NCBI RefSeq assembly: GCF_009914755.1
Contig: NC_060927.1
Source of the DNA: the human T2T-CHM13v2.0 reference genome, Homo sapiens
DNA: 64,000 nucleotides
Reading direction: 5' to 3' (one strand)
Part shown: positions 13,485-27,030 of the stretch, one piece after another
Layout of the letters: the number at the start of each line of letters is the position of its first letter
Position numbering within the stretch: position 1 is the first letter of the stretch
Position numbers and translations under genes: made by a program
The notes under the pieces: model-generated
Told to the model about the DNA's origin: nothing
Databases searched by the model: none
What the model saw: the letters and a program-made list of their open reading frames with translations, nothing else

Positions 13485-16167
13485 GGGGGGAGGAGAGGAG
13501 GAAGGGGGTGCGGAGCCGAGGAGGAAGGCGGCGTGGGGGGGCAGGGTGCACGGAGCGGGCGGAAAAGGGATGGGGATTAAAACCCGGGCTGGAGGGCCGG
13601 GATTGGGGGAGGGGGCGGGGGCGGCGAGTTAAAAAGCCGAAAGACAAGTAACTAGTGAATGAGTGAGGGAATGGGGGGAGCGCACGATTTCCGGCCCCGG
13701 GCGCGCAAGAATTTGTAATGAGCTTGATTAGAGTGAGGCGGCCCGACATTTATTACACACAATACCCAGAATAACAGGGCGCTGTGCGAGGGCTAGCGCC
13801 GGCCGCCGCCAGACGCGCCAGGGAGGGCGCAGAGGGGAGGAGGAGAGGGGGCTTCCCTGGCAGCGTCCGCCGGAGCGGGGAGGGGAGCGCGCGGCGCGCG
13901 GGCGGCAGGGGCAGGTGTGTGAGTGGGAGGGAGGAGGGGCAGGACGGGCAGGACGGGCACGGGGGGCGGGGGGAAGGAAAATGACGGGGAGGAGGGGGCG
14001 AGGGCCAGGGGAGAAAACTAACCAACCACCCACACGCCACAAAAGCCACAAAAAGGAGTACGCCTGGAGCGTCGCAGAGGGACAGGCGAGGTGGGGGGAC
14101 AGGGAGACGCACCGGCCCCGTGGGAGAAGGGCGCGGGTACGCAGGTGACAGGCGCTGAGGAATGAGGTAGGGAGCCATCAGGAAGTGGCTGGAGGGGTAC
14201 AGACGGAAGGCAGTTCTCTCCGGGGAAGCGCGGAGGGTGCAGAAACGTGTACAGCAATAAAGGCCAGGAGCCTCGAAACGCTCGGAATGTTTATCCTCTA
14301 AGGAGGGTGGTCCTTAAACTATGAGGAGCCAACATTAGAAAGAACTGAGTAAGAGCGTTCTGTACTAGTCAGACGTTGGTTCAAATCGCCCTCACTTCTG
14401 AGCCATAGAATACTTTGGAAGAAGAAATACGTGGCCGAGTTAAACAAAATTTGGGTCACTTGAAAGAGACCTGACTTGTTATTATAAAGGAAAAGATGCC
14501 ATCATTCTTCAAATAATTTACGCTAGGCAAAAGAGGAAAGTTTGGGTTGGTAAATACATCTGTTGTAGCAATAAACACTTCTGCTGTAATCTAGGGTAGG
14601 TTACCCAGTTAGATAAATGGTCATTACCACATAAGTATGATCCTATTATTTAGACAATCTATTAAATATAGTTCATGTAAAAATAAAGAATATTACAATG
14701 TAACCCAAAATAGAAATGCCTCATTTATCGCTTAGGTTTTAGTTCTACCATTTTAGCACCCTGAAGGCAGTTAATCATTAACAAAAAACAAGAATTATTT
14801 TTCAGAATTTGCTGGTAGGGAAAAGAGAAAAATCAGTCAGATAAACATTTTGTTACACATAAAAAAGCAACAAGTTAGCACAAGTACTGAGATAAAAGGG
14901 AAATTTGCAAATTAAGCTCTGTAAAGCCACCAATACACTCTTAGGCACACTGTTTACATTACAAATCTAAAGAAAAGCCAAAAGGTAAAGCAGAAAAGTG
15001 TAGGAAATGATGGCCTCCTAGGGGAGAGTAAGTTTAGGAGAAACAAAATGAAAATATATCACTCTAATAGCACCCACGTTTCACCCACAAACCAGAAAGG
15101 TTAGCCAAATCTGGGAAGGCAACCGTGAATCTTGGCACACAAACCCAAGCCTTGAGCAAAAGAATGAACATGTGATAAACAGAAAACACAGCATCAAAAA
15201 TAGGAAAAGAAATTTAAGGCAAATTTTTAGTAAAAAGCCCAAATGATAGTAAATTTTTAAAAGTTAAAATGTGGGGAAATCTGAAGGAAGATATGTTAGC
15301 TAAAGTATAAGAAATAGAAATATGGTAGGTTAAATTTGAAATTTCCAATATGGATACTTTAATAGTTGCTTCAAACTAGTAATGCCTGACATGTTTCCCT
15401 GAAACCTGCCTTGTTTTCAGTAGGGACTGTGCACTCTAGTGCCTTGTTGTACAAATTTACAAACAATAGCAACATTTAAAAATAAAGAAAAATTATAGTG
15501 GTCCACACACACACAAATGTAATTTAGCCAGGCAATGTCACCTCAAGCTGAATGTTTTTTATAAAAGAAAAGAAAGCTGTTGGGCAAAATAAAATTTAAA
15601 CTAAGAGAAAACACCACTAAACAAAGATCACGGGAAATATCAATATTAAGATAGACTGAAATAAAATATTGTAAACATGCTTATTACATCATTTTACAGA
15701 AATAAATAAGACAAAATGCCATCTGAATGTTTTACCCTCCTAATGACCTGGTGAATGCTAATATAATATGGGAATTAATACAGCAATCCTTAAATTTGAA
15801 TAGCACCTTTTATCTGAGTCACAAATCTATTCAAAAACACAAAACATGAAAGTATGTAATAAGGACTGACATGGCCTTGGAAAATGATAAACAGAATAAA
15901 TGAGCATAAAGGCATCTAAGAATGACTATATTATAATGAATAACAATATAGCACAATAAACTTTCCCTCAAGCACATTTTTTATTCCAGAACTATAAGAA
16001 ATGACATAAGTAAAATGGCACATAGAGGTTAATGTACTAGTGGTATACATCACTGATGAAATTAATTACTATATATTAACTACCCTTTAGAATATTTCAT
16101 TATAAGCCACTGAGTATTGGCCAGTGTAAAGCCAGATAAAAATAAATAACAAAAAAAGAAAGAAATT

Positions 16168-16594
16168 TGTCTTAGTCTGTTTTCTGTTCCTTATAACAGA
16201 ATACCTGAAATTGGGTAATTTATAAAGAAAAGGAATTTATTTCTTACACTGTGGAGGCTGAGAAATTCCAGGTGGAGGGGCCTCATCTGGTGAGGGCCTT
16301 CTTCCTAGTGGGAGTTCTCTGCAGAGTCCTGTGGTGGCACTGGATATTACATGGCAAGGGGCTTGAGTATGCTAGCTCAGGGCTCTCTTCCTTTTCTTAC
16401 AAAGCCAACAGTCCCACTCCCATGATAACCCATTAATCCATTAACCCATTAATCCACGAATGGATTAATCCATTCACAAGAGCAAAGCCCACATGATCCA
16501 AACACCTCTTAAAGGCCCCACCTCTCAGTATTGCCACATTGGGGATTAAATTTCAACATGAGTTTTGGAGAGGACAAGTATTCAAATAATAGCA
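16168..16594 (-). mobile_element. MaLR solo LTR (MST family, MSTC/MSTD-like)
   Basis: tgtcttagtc...gggtaatttataaagaaaag...aaggccccacctctcagtattgccacattggggattaaatttcaacatgagttttggag...atagca; TG...CA ends. Confidence 0.88.
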
Positions 16595-17849
16595 ATAATT
16601 AAGAAAATACCACCTTCCTAGGCATATGTGAACATAAACTATCACGGCAGGAGGAAAAAACTTCAATACAGGGATCTTATATTAAGCAATAATGATGCAT
16701 GCAAGTATTGAAGAAAGTTAAACTTTATAAGTCTGGCCATCAAAATAGAAAACCTCAGGAACATAAAATATTGCAATTCAAATACATGAACTATTTAACA
16801 TGTGGATGCACATTTAAAACAGAGTGCATCAATTTTCTATCACATGAGAAGGCATTATCCTGGCTACACACAAAATTTTTAAAAACTTAATGAAAGGACT
16901 ACTGCATGTTTCAGATGGCAATGTATTAAGATAAATATGCAGGCAGATATCCGAACGCATTAAAACACATTCAGAGTTCTGAATAGCACATACATTTGTA
17001 ATAAACAGAGAAAGCATTTAGAATTCGAGTGCTTTTAAGATATAGCAACTCCGCCAGTGACTGTGTTAGCAAAGCAATGCTTACCACCATAACACTTTCT
17101 AAGGACATGTTTTTTTTTCTTTTTTCATCTTTTTAAATTCAAATACAGTTGGCTATCTCTACACTCTTAAAGCAGCACAATTTATGTAGCATATTGCTCT
17201 TTTTGTCGTGTCAACTCTTTGTTTTTTGGCTTTAGCTGCAGGTGGTGTTTTCCATATATGAATTTCTGGGAATATGGTTCTCTGTTGGCCATATAAGGAT
17301 GTGTGTCTGAGCCATATGTTTTGCTGTCATGTGTCTCATTTTGTCTGTCTGGGATGTCAGGACCGATTTCTGCATCGTTTCCTGAATGGACCAAATACCA
17401 ATTTGAAAGAGCAGGGAGGAAGAAGCTGGGGCTGCAGCCCAAACAACTTTGTCAAAATATATATTGGAGAAGAAATGCAATATCCTGTAAACATTGCACG
17501 CTTCTTCTCACATATTATCTGTGACCGACATCATTACAACTGCATACAGTTTGGGAAACAATCTACTTGTTCAAGTTCAGAAGTTTGCAGTATTTGTATG
17601 CACAGAGCTTAATCAGATTAAGATCCTACGTCTTAAACAGATCCCACTTCTTTGGAGGTCATGGCATGGCACATGCTAGCTGCCCTACTCTGAGAGCTGT
17701 GCCTCCTGCAGCCAACCTGACCCAGCCTTGAACTTGGGGAAAGGAAGCTGCCTCATGCTTTTCTTGTCTAGTTAATAATTAGAACTCTGATTAAACTCTC
17801 TGACTAATTATGCAAGAAGTTCTGGCCCCCATTATATACCCTCACAGAA

Positions 17850-18043
17850 TCTTGTATTTCTCCTTTGAAACAGTCATCACAGTCTTAATTAATTAACAAT
17901 TTGGGTAATTACTGGCTTAATACATGTCTCCCTTACTAGACTGTAAGCCCTATGAGAGCAGAGACTGGGTGTCTTGCTCACTGCCATATTACTAGGAATT
18001 TATACAGTGTCCTTGTAATATTTATATTATAAATGAATAAATG
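17850..18043 (+). mobile_element. L2 3'-end fragment
   Basis: ctagactgtaagccctatgagagcagagactgggtgtcttgctcactg ... aaatgaataaatg. Confidence 0.75.
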
Positions 18044-18149
18044 GGAACAAAAGCTCACAGTGTCACTTGCAACCAATTTCCACTACAAATTGCATTGACA
18101 GTTTTTTAAAGTGATTGTAGGAAGAGGGAACATTGAAGAAGGTGGCTAT

Positions 18150-18305
18150 ATCATTTAAATTTGAATTAATTTAAATGAAATTTATGATTTAATTCCTCAT
18201 TCACATTTCAGGTGCTCAATAGCCCCATGTGACTAATACTCTAATAGCGGACAGTGTAGATTACAGAACACTTCCTCACTGCAGAAAGTTCCATTGGACA
18301 GTGCT
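18150..18305. mobile_element. MER33/MER3-type hAT-Charlie DNA transposon fragment
   Basis: cacatttcaggtgctcaatagccccatgtgacta...gcagaaagttccattggacagtgct. Confidence 0.8.
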
Positions 18306-19619
18306 TACCCTAGAGAACTCCTTTAAAAGACAACTAAGGGAATCCAAGACCTGGCCAGGAGGAGTCTTAGAGGTGCTAAATGGCTTTCAGACATTCCAAT
18401 GACATCTGAGTCAAGATAATTTTCCATTTTAGAATTAGCCTGTAGATCTGTAAAGTTGCAGGAAATGATACCTGTATACTGCTAAATACAAATTTAAGAA
18501 CTTTCTAGACATGTCTGTACTTGAAAGGGTTCTGTAATACATTTTAAGTAATGTGTTTACTCCAAAAGCTGCTTTCCGTGAACATTTAAGTATCTCATAG
18601 GTGAAGTTAAAAATCACAGTCATTCCCACCCTTACCCCTGTACCTATATTATATAAGCATAGCTACCCTTAGAAATGCCTCTCTGGAAGCATTAATGTAG
18701 ATACCTACTCGAACTGGGAGGGCATCCAGATAACAAATAATGATGCACTGCAGAGAATAATGGCAAAAAGCTTCAAAATGTTGCAGGCGAGTTAAAGGAG
18801 TGATGATAATGAACTCTAAATATAGGGTTTAAGGATTTTTTGGTTTTGTTTTCTTCCCCTAAGAAGTTGAGTTTCAGTTTTAGCTAGAATGATAGCGATC
18901 AAAAGTTATTTCCCTAATTACTTGGCATAGATGTAAATACAGAGTGGTAATTCATGATACAGTTTTAATAGACAAAGGTCATTATAGTTGAGGGGGAAAA
19001 AACCCAATGTTTATGTTTGTTTTGGGAGATCTGGAGAGGGAAAACGAGCAGCCATTGCAGCTGGCTTCTGGAAACCGACAGGATATCTGGGCCTTTTACT
19101 CAGAAACAATACTGTTTCATTGGGAACTTCATTGGAAAAAAATCTTTTAGCTACCTTTCCTTCCATGGATGTCAGTATGGATCACTTATTTGACAGGGCA
19201 CGGTGGTAATAATTCCACCAAAATTGGTACCTTTATCTGGACCCAGATCCAAAATCGAGTAAGAAGAAGGAAGGATTCTTGAAATTGCCCTAGAGTCCAC
19301 AAAGATGCCTCATTTTTTTCCTGTAGCTCGTGGAGTGCCCTTCATGTCCCTTCTCACTTGAGGACCTCCTTTCTGCTATCTTCTTTAACGTGCAGCTTGA
19401 TTTCCCCTTGTCAGTCCGAAGCCTTCTCCAGTTGTTAGTTATTTCCTTCTCCATGCTCCATCACACTGCCTGAATGCAATGTGACATTTCATATCTATCT
19501 ATATGTCTGCCTCTCCAAACTGCAAGACTCTAAGCATCTTGAAGGTTTACTCATGTATATATTTCTGCATTCCCTTTGACAATCTTAGGACGTAAAACCA
19601 GGTACTGAGATCACAATCC

Positions 19620-19735
19620 AGATGTCCAGGCTGAACCCCACTGCAATTAAATCAGAATGGCTGAGGATGAGGAGAAGACATTCAGTTTTTTAAAGCTCTC
19701 AAGGTGATTCTCATATACAGCCAGGTTTGGCATCT
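19620..19735. mobile_element. MER5-family hAT MITE fragment
   Basis: caattaaatcagaat...ttttaaagctctcaaggtgattctcatatacagccaggtttg. Confidence 0.65.
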
Positions 19736-20769
19736 ACCAGGTTAGGTGATGTTTTAGAGACAGAGAATCAAATACTCAGGACATCTCTGAGGTGGTTTTT
19801 AACTCACTCCTGGAGTCACTTGGAAAAGCTAACCTGTTGTATGAACCAGCAGTAGACCAAAATTTGAGAAATGTATATGTGGGCAAGCTACTTGTTTCAA
19901 ATTTCTAAAAAGGCAATAAAAGTGGGGGCAGGAAGCTACTGGATCATTGATTTGGCAAATAAATACATGCTATTTGAGGAACCATAATAAACTAGCATTT
20001 GGGCACTTGTTTGAGATTTACTGGGGTGCCAGAAATCCTGTGCAGGTATGTTATTTATCATGATAGACATTAAGTGACTAACCACAAAATTATACATGGA
20101 AGTACAGTTCTCAAACCAGTCTATTATTTACTGGAGCCAGAACCATCCAAGTTTCCTCTAATTCTTTTTTCAATATAACATGATTTTTCTCTCAGACAAC
20201 TGTTCAACCTTGAGTGGGCTTCTCTTTGAAGGGCTGAAAACTGTTCAACTTATTTCCAGACTGTCACTGCACTTGAACAGAACCAAAGTATTTAGACTGT
20301 CCATGTCAAGGAGCCAACTGCAAAGCATCCTAGACCTAGTTGCTGTGCCTTTAATATTCTCAGAAAGCTCGAGGTAAAATCCTCCAATTTTTAATTCCGG
20401 TGAAATCGAACAGCAACTGTTCCCAATCAACTTTTAACCAAGATGTACATATCAACCAAATTTCCTTAGTTGATATGAATGTTATTTCTAATCTTTCCTA
20501 GCTTAATTGGAGGGAGAAAGAATTCGCGATAACAATGGTCCTGAATCCTTGTCCAGGTCATTTTTGTGGCAACATCAGCCAAAGGCAATATCTGATATTG
20601 TACTGCTATGCCCACCACCATAAGGCACTGGACGAGGCATTGTCCGTTGGAAGGAAAGCCACCATCAGAAACAAATGCTTCACACCTGGACAATAATTAA
20701 ATACTACTGTAACACTTGAAATTTGTTGAAGTGAAGGAGAAATTAAATTCAAAACTAAAGCACATTGTA

Positions 20770-20930
20770 TTTGGGCTGATAGAAAAAGAGTTGGAAACAA
20801 ACTGTGGTGATGGTTGCACAACAGTGTGTATGTAATTAATGTCACTGAATTGTACACCTAGAAACAGTCAAAATGGCGTATTTTTTTACACATATTTTAC
20901 CATATAAACATTTTCAAAAAAAAAAAAACA
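20770..20930 (+). mobile_element. Old L1 (L1M-type) 3' end with A-tail
   Basis: gtggtgatggttgcacaacagtgtgtatgtaattaatgtcactgaattgtacac...ttttaccat...A-run. Confidence 0.85.
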
Positions 20931-22719
20931 AAAGCAAAACAATCTTTCATGTATGCCTAGCATTGGCAGATATATAATACCAGGAAAATATCATGCCAAG
21001 CCTCAGAGAAACAATGAGCTACATCACATTGAACAATCCCATCCCCACCCCAATCTTACATTGCTTTGTCCTTACCTGCTAACAGCTACAGTCCAGTCTA
21101 TGCTACACAATTAATATGATGAATACCTGACCCAAGGATAATTAACATGGATTGGTAATTAGAGACCAAGATCCCACTCACTTTGAGGTTCCTTCAATGT
21201 AAGAAAATGGTTCTCTTTTAAGGTTTTATTCAATACAATATCTTAGCCAAAAAAAGAGAAAGGCGCATAGACAAAAACAAACAGGAGTTCCTTAAGTCCA
21301 AAAAATTCTTTTGGAATGTTTTTCAAAACAGTAAAAATTAACTATATGCATGAAATAGATTTTCTCTGTTACACAGTACTTTGAGTGTCACGCTCATATA
21401 TGCAGAACAGCTGCAATTGTAACAACTGTATAAAGTACTAATTTGCAAATTGTCTACATAAAAAGACTTTAGATTCTATTTTTTTAATAAAAGAAAATTT
21501 TGTTTAAAAAAACGCTTTCAAATTTAATCAGCTCAGTTACTTTTTTAGTGCTAGTAATAAGGATGAAAGTATATCTACATATAATAATTTGAAATATCAT
21601 CTTTTCCTGTACTGTTCCACATTCAGTTTTCATATCATCTATTCCTATGGATTTTATATTAAAAACTTGTATTAATGATGGAGTTTTTAATGATTTGGAA
21701 ATTCATGTATAAATCATTTTATTGAAGTTCGTATCTGTATTTTTTTCTTATACGCATAATTAAGGAATGCTAATAAAGTGAAACCAACTTACAAACATAT
21801 ATTTATTATGTGTAAAAGCATTAAATAAAATACTAAAAGACAGCTTCACAGTATAGCTATGCTTAAGGCATATCCAGTTACCTATCTTGTAGGTGCCTTT
21901 TTCTTTATTAATGTGTTCATTTAAAAATTTATTAGATAACTAGCATGGACTATACATGGACATTTTGAGCCAACATGAAGGAAAAAGTTGATAAATAATG
22001 CCACAGTAGAACTTTAAAAAAGAACTAGAGAGCCTTGAGGCTGTTTTTTAATCATTTATTTTTATTTATTTTGCAAAGACTTTTCATTTGTGTTATTTAA
22101 TACATAAATACACTTGAGAGAGAAACAAATAGCACATTTATGAAAAATTTTGATGGAAACCAGCTTTCTGTTTTAAGGCTAGACTGCTTTAAAGGTCAAT
22201 ATCCACTATTCTTCTATTACTTTTACAGTTGAAGAAACACTACATATTCACATTATATTTAATAAAAATTAACCTCTCATCTCTTCTTTGAGGTAACAAG
22301 GCTCTCAAAAATAACTTTTTATTTCGCTTTGTGCAAAGGGGTTTTGTCACTAAAAATTTACAACACTGCAACCAAGTGTAAATGTATCTTCAAGGCTGGC
22401 ATATGCCGCAGTTTAGGATGTAAAACCAAATCTTGTGGCATTCTCAATAGATTTGAAAAATCCAATTGTTTGGCCAACATCCAAGTAAGAATAAGTATAT
22501 ATATATATATAAAATATACACATAGCATAACATTTTTATATGTACACAGATAATATTTGCATGTTATACAAGAGAGTATTCCACAATTTAAAACTAGTCT
22601 ACCACAGTTTTCATCAGAAAGCCTTTAAAACTCAGAGGTAGTATAATACCCCTACTATTAAGTAACTCCCACAAAAAGGAACATAAGTCACATAGTGGGA
22701 AAAGTAGTGGAGAAAAGAT

Positions 22720-22845
22720 AGAGAAACTAGATTTGGGTCTTGCTTCTTACTCTACTCACTAGCTGAGTGATCCTTCATTAGTTAAGCAGGATCAGGTTCC
22801 GTATCTATAAAATGAATGGATAGAGTCTGATCATCTTTAAGATCA
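22720..22845 (+). mobile_element. MIR fragment
   Basis: ctctactcactagctgagtgatcctt...gttccgtatctataaaatg core. Confidence 0.6.
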
Positions 22846-25800
22846 CATAAAAAATCTCTTTCTTCAATTAAAAAAATTAAGTTCACTTGAAAGAGAAAAT
22901 ATAAATATAAGGAAATTTCTCACATGCTACGTTAGATGTTTATCTCTATATAAGAGACAGGTGTCAAACAAACAAATAAAAAAAAAAAATAACCGCTAAG
23001 GCAAAGAGAAACTTTAACTCACCAGATTCCATCTGTTACATCTGAATTCATGCATAATTGATTATCCATGACTGGTAAATTCTTTTCTCACTAGCCGACC
23101 ACAATTTTCTAAACGTTGTGTATTAAATCACTACTAAAGTAGACTGCATTTCAGAAACGGCATGGGGCAGAATACCAATATTTTAAATGAAAAATTACAT
23201 GCCGGTTAGTAATAATACAGCTGACCTATGTTTAAGGGAGAGAAATTTTAATCATGTGCATATTAAATATTAATAACCTATTCTGTTATTGTTATAATAA
23301 GGTTAAGTAGGCTTCTCCATGCTTAAAGAAAGAGGGAGAAGTAGGAATGCATAATGGTGCAAAAAGATACAGAGACAGGAGACAGACATAAGGAAAATGT
23401 GTCAACAATAAACAAGAGGAAATGAGAAAGAAGGAAAAGATGAAGGTGGAAACTAATCTCTATGTGTCATTATGACTGCCAGAGTACTGGCAAAGAAGCA
23501 GCATCCTTTTATTTCAATTTTAATCATTTCTGAATTTTAATACCCGGCTCCTTTTGTAATTCTCCTGGCATTCCCCATATGCCTCCATCCCAGCCAAAAC
23601 ACCAGTGTAAATTAAATGGCAGGCAACCACACCACTGATGTAGCCTCCCCAAAGAACCCACCAGGTGACCAAAAGCAAAAAAGGTATGTCTACCTTATGT
23701 CCCTGAGGACCTCTAGCCAATTAACTGGCTGAATGTTTTCTACTTTCTTTAATTTTGAAAAGAAGGACAGTAGTTAGGTAATCTACAGATAGAGAATCAT
23801 TAAAAAAAAATAAAGCAAGCCAGTAGTAATACAATAATCAGTGACCATCAGGGCCTGGAAAAATGAGTTTGCTCTCATTGGCACTAAGGAGCATCACATG
23901 ATTATTTAATTACAGCTCTAATTTTTGTCTCGTGGATGGCAACATATCAACAATTAATAGGGCAAATAGAGGAGACTGTGTTTTTAAAGAGACAGAATGT
24001 GCATGATAATGTAATAGGTCACACAGCAGTGCACCACTTAAGAAATTCTGTCTTTTGTGTAACTAAATAGGACTGTCTTACAAGCAGCCCCACTCATATT
24101 TTAAAATGAAAATAAATTTTAAAAGGAAGTGTCTTTTTTAGATAACTTTCATAGAATGCCTAGAACTTTTCAGAATATTTTGGATGCAGCTAACACAACC
24201 CTACTGCAATTTCAGAATTAGTTTTAAGGAATGGAGTAAAATATTCATATACAAACACTCCAAATCTTAGAGTACTTTTCAAACAATGTATTTAAGCTGC
24301 AATGAAAAATATCTTTTTATGCAATAATTACAGTAGTATTTATTCAATGGGAGCCTGAAAAACAATCATTATTGTAGGAAAGAACGCATAGAAGGTCAAT
24401 CAGCCTTGAGGCACTAGTCCATAATATTTTTGGTTCTGGAATATCAGAAGGATGGCTACTTGGTGGCTCAAATTGCAAGGAACTCAGGGGAGTGCTCTGT
24501 TTGACTCCGGTATTGTTTGTTACCACAACCAAACACCAAAGAATGAAGCTGAGCAGGCACACTTAACCTAATACTGAAGGTCAGACAATGAGGATAGAAC
24601 AGAGACCCAGGTGCTACCAAAAAAAAAAAAAAAAAATCATCCAATTATCCAGAAAATGAGGCATGTGCAGATTAAGTGTTCAGATAACCCTAGTAAAAAC
24701 AGAAAATTAGAAAGAAAATTCTCTTTGCCAATAAATCTTTATCGGCACAAGCTACATTTTATATTTTATCATTAATTTAGCAATTCTTTAATGAGTGCTC
24801 AATACGTACAAGGCACAGAATGCTAACTATGAACTTTCTGTTTTATATAACACAGACATACCTTATTACTTACTTACTTTTTTGTAGTTTAATACTTACA
24901 GAAATATATAGCAGCTTCTACAAACTTCAGAAAGTGGGAATACTAGTGCGTTTTTAAGAGCCATATTACGAGGTTACAAGATCTACAAATTCAAATCAAC
25001 CAAGATAACTCAAATAGTTAACCAATTTGATAGAATTGTCTAAGTAAGCCTAAGTCCAGCTTTAAATCCCTCTAGTTTCAGTAACCCATTGTTTTGCCAT
25101 TCTAGAAGCCATAGTGAAAATCCAGGTTTGAGATTTAGACAATGAAATAATCTTAGAACTACCTCTGTGATTAACTGCTGAAATGTATGTAGAATATTAG
25201 GTTATATAGAGTTTTAAGTAATCACAATTTGGCTAAAGAAAAAGTGACTAAAATTATTCCACAAAAAGAAGTATTAAGAGGAGCAAAATCAATTAAATAA
25301 GCTTTTAATGGATTATGTTGGCCGAAGTCATCAAAAAACAAGAAAACATGGGTATCTCAAAATACAATTTGGAAAAACTAAAACCACTGAGGAGCAATAA
25401 TTTCTAATGACACTGGAAAGAAAAAAAAACAGGAGAAAAATTTTATAACCCAGTGAAAAGTTTTAAAATTAAGTTGCTTTAGTAGAAAACCTTTCATAAT
25501 TCTGAACCAAAACCCTGACTCCATACATTCTAAAAGATTTTTTTTAAAGAATCAAGCAAGCAGCCGCTTGTATGTTAAGAGTATACATCATTCTTTTTTA
25601 ACATGGTTGTTAATATATAGTTAACATGTCTCAGAAAAGGCTGTAATTAACTGTCTACTGCTCTAATAACACTAATAAGCATACAGTATTATTAAAATAC
25701 AGTGATTCTATACAAACTGTCATTGTTAAACTTTTAAGATAATGTTCTAAATTGTTTCTGAGTCCTCTTGAACCACCCAAAGGGAAATGCAACTCTAAGA

Positions 25801-26675
25801 AAATTTTTAAAACATAGTTATTAAAATATTGTTTTTTCCTCCCACAGTCTGGAGATCACTGTCTACCATTAAACAGTACATCTAAGTATCATTTCAGTTG
25901 GTGAAAATACAATGGGAAGCATTTGGATTATTTTACAAATTCTATAGATTTTTTAAAAATTTAAAACTGTATGCATCTTAATTTAGTACTTCATTCATTG
26001 ATAAAATATTTTCTGGGGGAAAGAAAGGCTTGCTATATCAAGAATCACATAGCCTTGTTGTTAATCCCCAATGATTTCCATTGTCTGTTTCACTAGAACA
26101 GGAAAACTCAATTGCATTCAATATCAAACAGCTAATTATGGATATGCTATATTCAAGACTATCTCCATTTCAAAGATATCTGCATACACTAGGTTCTATT
26201 TATAATAATTATTACAATAAAATATTTATAACATAAAACCTCTTTTGCCTTAAAGTCCTTAACATTATAAACATTAAAAGGCCAAATTGTCATTTACATG
26301 CTCTTAATGGCATATCAGGAACCAATGAATAAGACTATAGAGGAATCTCTAGCAATCAACTCTACTACATGCCTAGCTTCCAGGAAAATTGCATCTAAAG
26401 AATGCCCCCTCACACAGATTACTGACTACCTTTTCTTTAAATATTTCAAGAAGGTCTAATAATTCTCCCTGGGAACTTGCTACTGTATCTCACCACCCAA
26501 AAAAGAATGCCCACTGAAGAATTTTTCTTAGTATCTGGTCCCAAATTTTCTAGAGCTGAGAAAAAGCAACATCCCAACAGAAAGCCCTCCCCCGAACACT
26601 CAATGCCTATCTGTCACTGTGGCTGGAGTCCTGATTCTCCACATGTAACATTACAGTAACTTTTCTGGCACTTAC

Positions 26676-26890
26676 CCTCCAAATATCAGAAGCTGCTCTC
26701 TGAATCTAGCCCTACAGGAGATGTCTGAAAAAGTAGTCTTTGATGAGGTGACAATGATGAAGTTCTCTCTGGCACTGCTAGCAAGGCAGAAACATCCCCA
26801 AATGAGGTGGTTACCAGTTGCCTGTGAAGCAGCTGGACCATTACTGCAGTTCTGAGGGTGCGTCACAAATCAGGTCATAGCTCTGGGTAG
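26676..26890 (-). other. SATB1: Candidate medial alternative non-coding first exon of SATB1
   Basis: Strong donor GGAGG|gtaagt at 26676/26675 with a promoter-like GC patch immediately upstream. Agrees with my recollection of an alternative SATB1 first exon ~14 kb above the proximal one. Confidence 0.65.
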
Positions 26891-27030
26891 AGTCCACCCA
26901 CTTCACCCAGTATAACGCCCTCTACTTCCTGCACACCTGGGGGAAAGGGGTGCGGGGGGCGGGCAGCTTAAGTCCACATAGGTACTAGTAAAGGCACAGC
27001 GAGGTGCAGCCTGACATCTGCTTCTTCCGC
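26890..27030 (-). promoter_or_regulatory. SATB1: Candidate medial (non-CpG-island) promoter
   Basis: ETS site ACTTCCTG 26924-26931, E-box CACCTG 26934-26939, GC box GGGCGG 26957-26962, all in a small GC-rich patch within AT-rich DNA. Confidence 0.55.

Larger units (their letters stand above)
12400..14300. promoter_or_regulatory. SATB1: CpG island, proximal SATB1 promoter
   Basis: Very high GC and CpG density, GC boxes (GGGGGCGGGG ~13611-13620), (GGC)n/(GGA)n tracts, AP-1 site TGACTCA at 13162-13168. Confidence 0.92.

Noticed and set aside
12851-14257. Overlapping ORFs of up to 155 aa in the proximal CpG island
   Set aside because: Same GC artefact, and many start at non-ATG codons. Only sense-strand ATG uORFs were kept, as hypotheses.
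20180-20700. Mildly CpG-retaining stretch with short ORFs and a 9-bp inverted repeat (catatcaac...gttgatatg), considered as a pseudogene or miRNA
   Set aside because: No recognisable protein in the frames I read, and the stem is far too short for a pre-miRNA.
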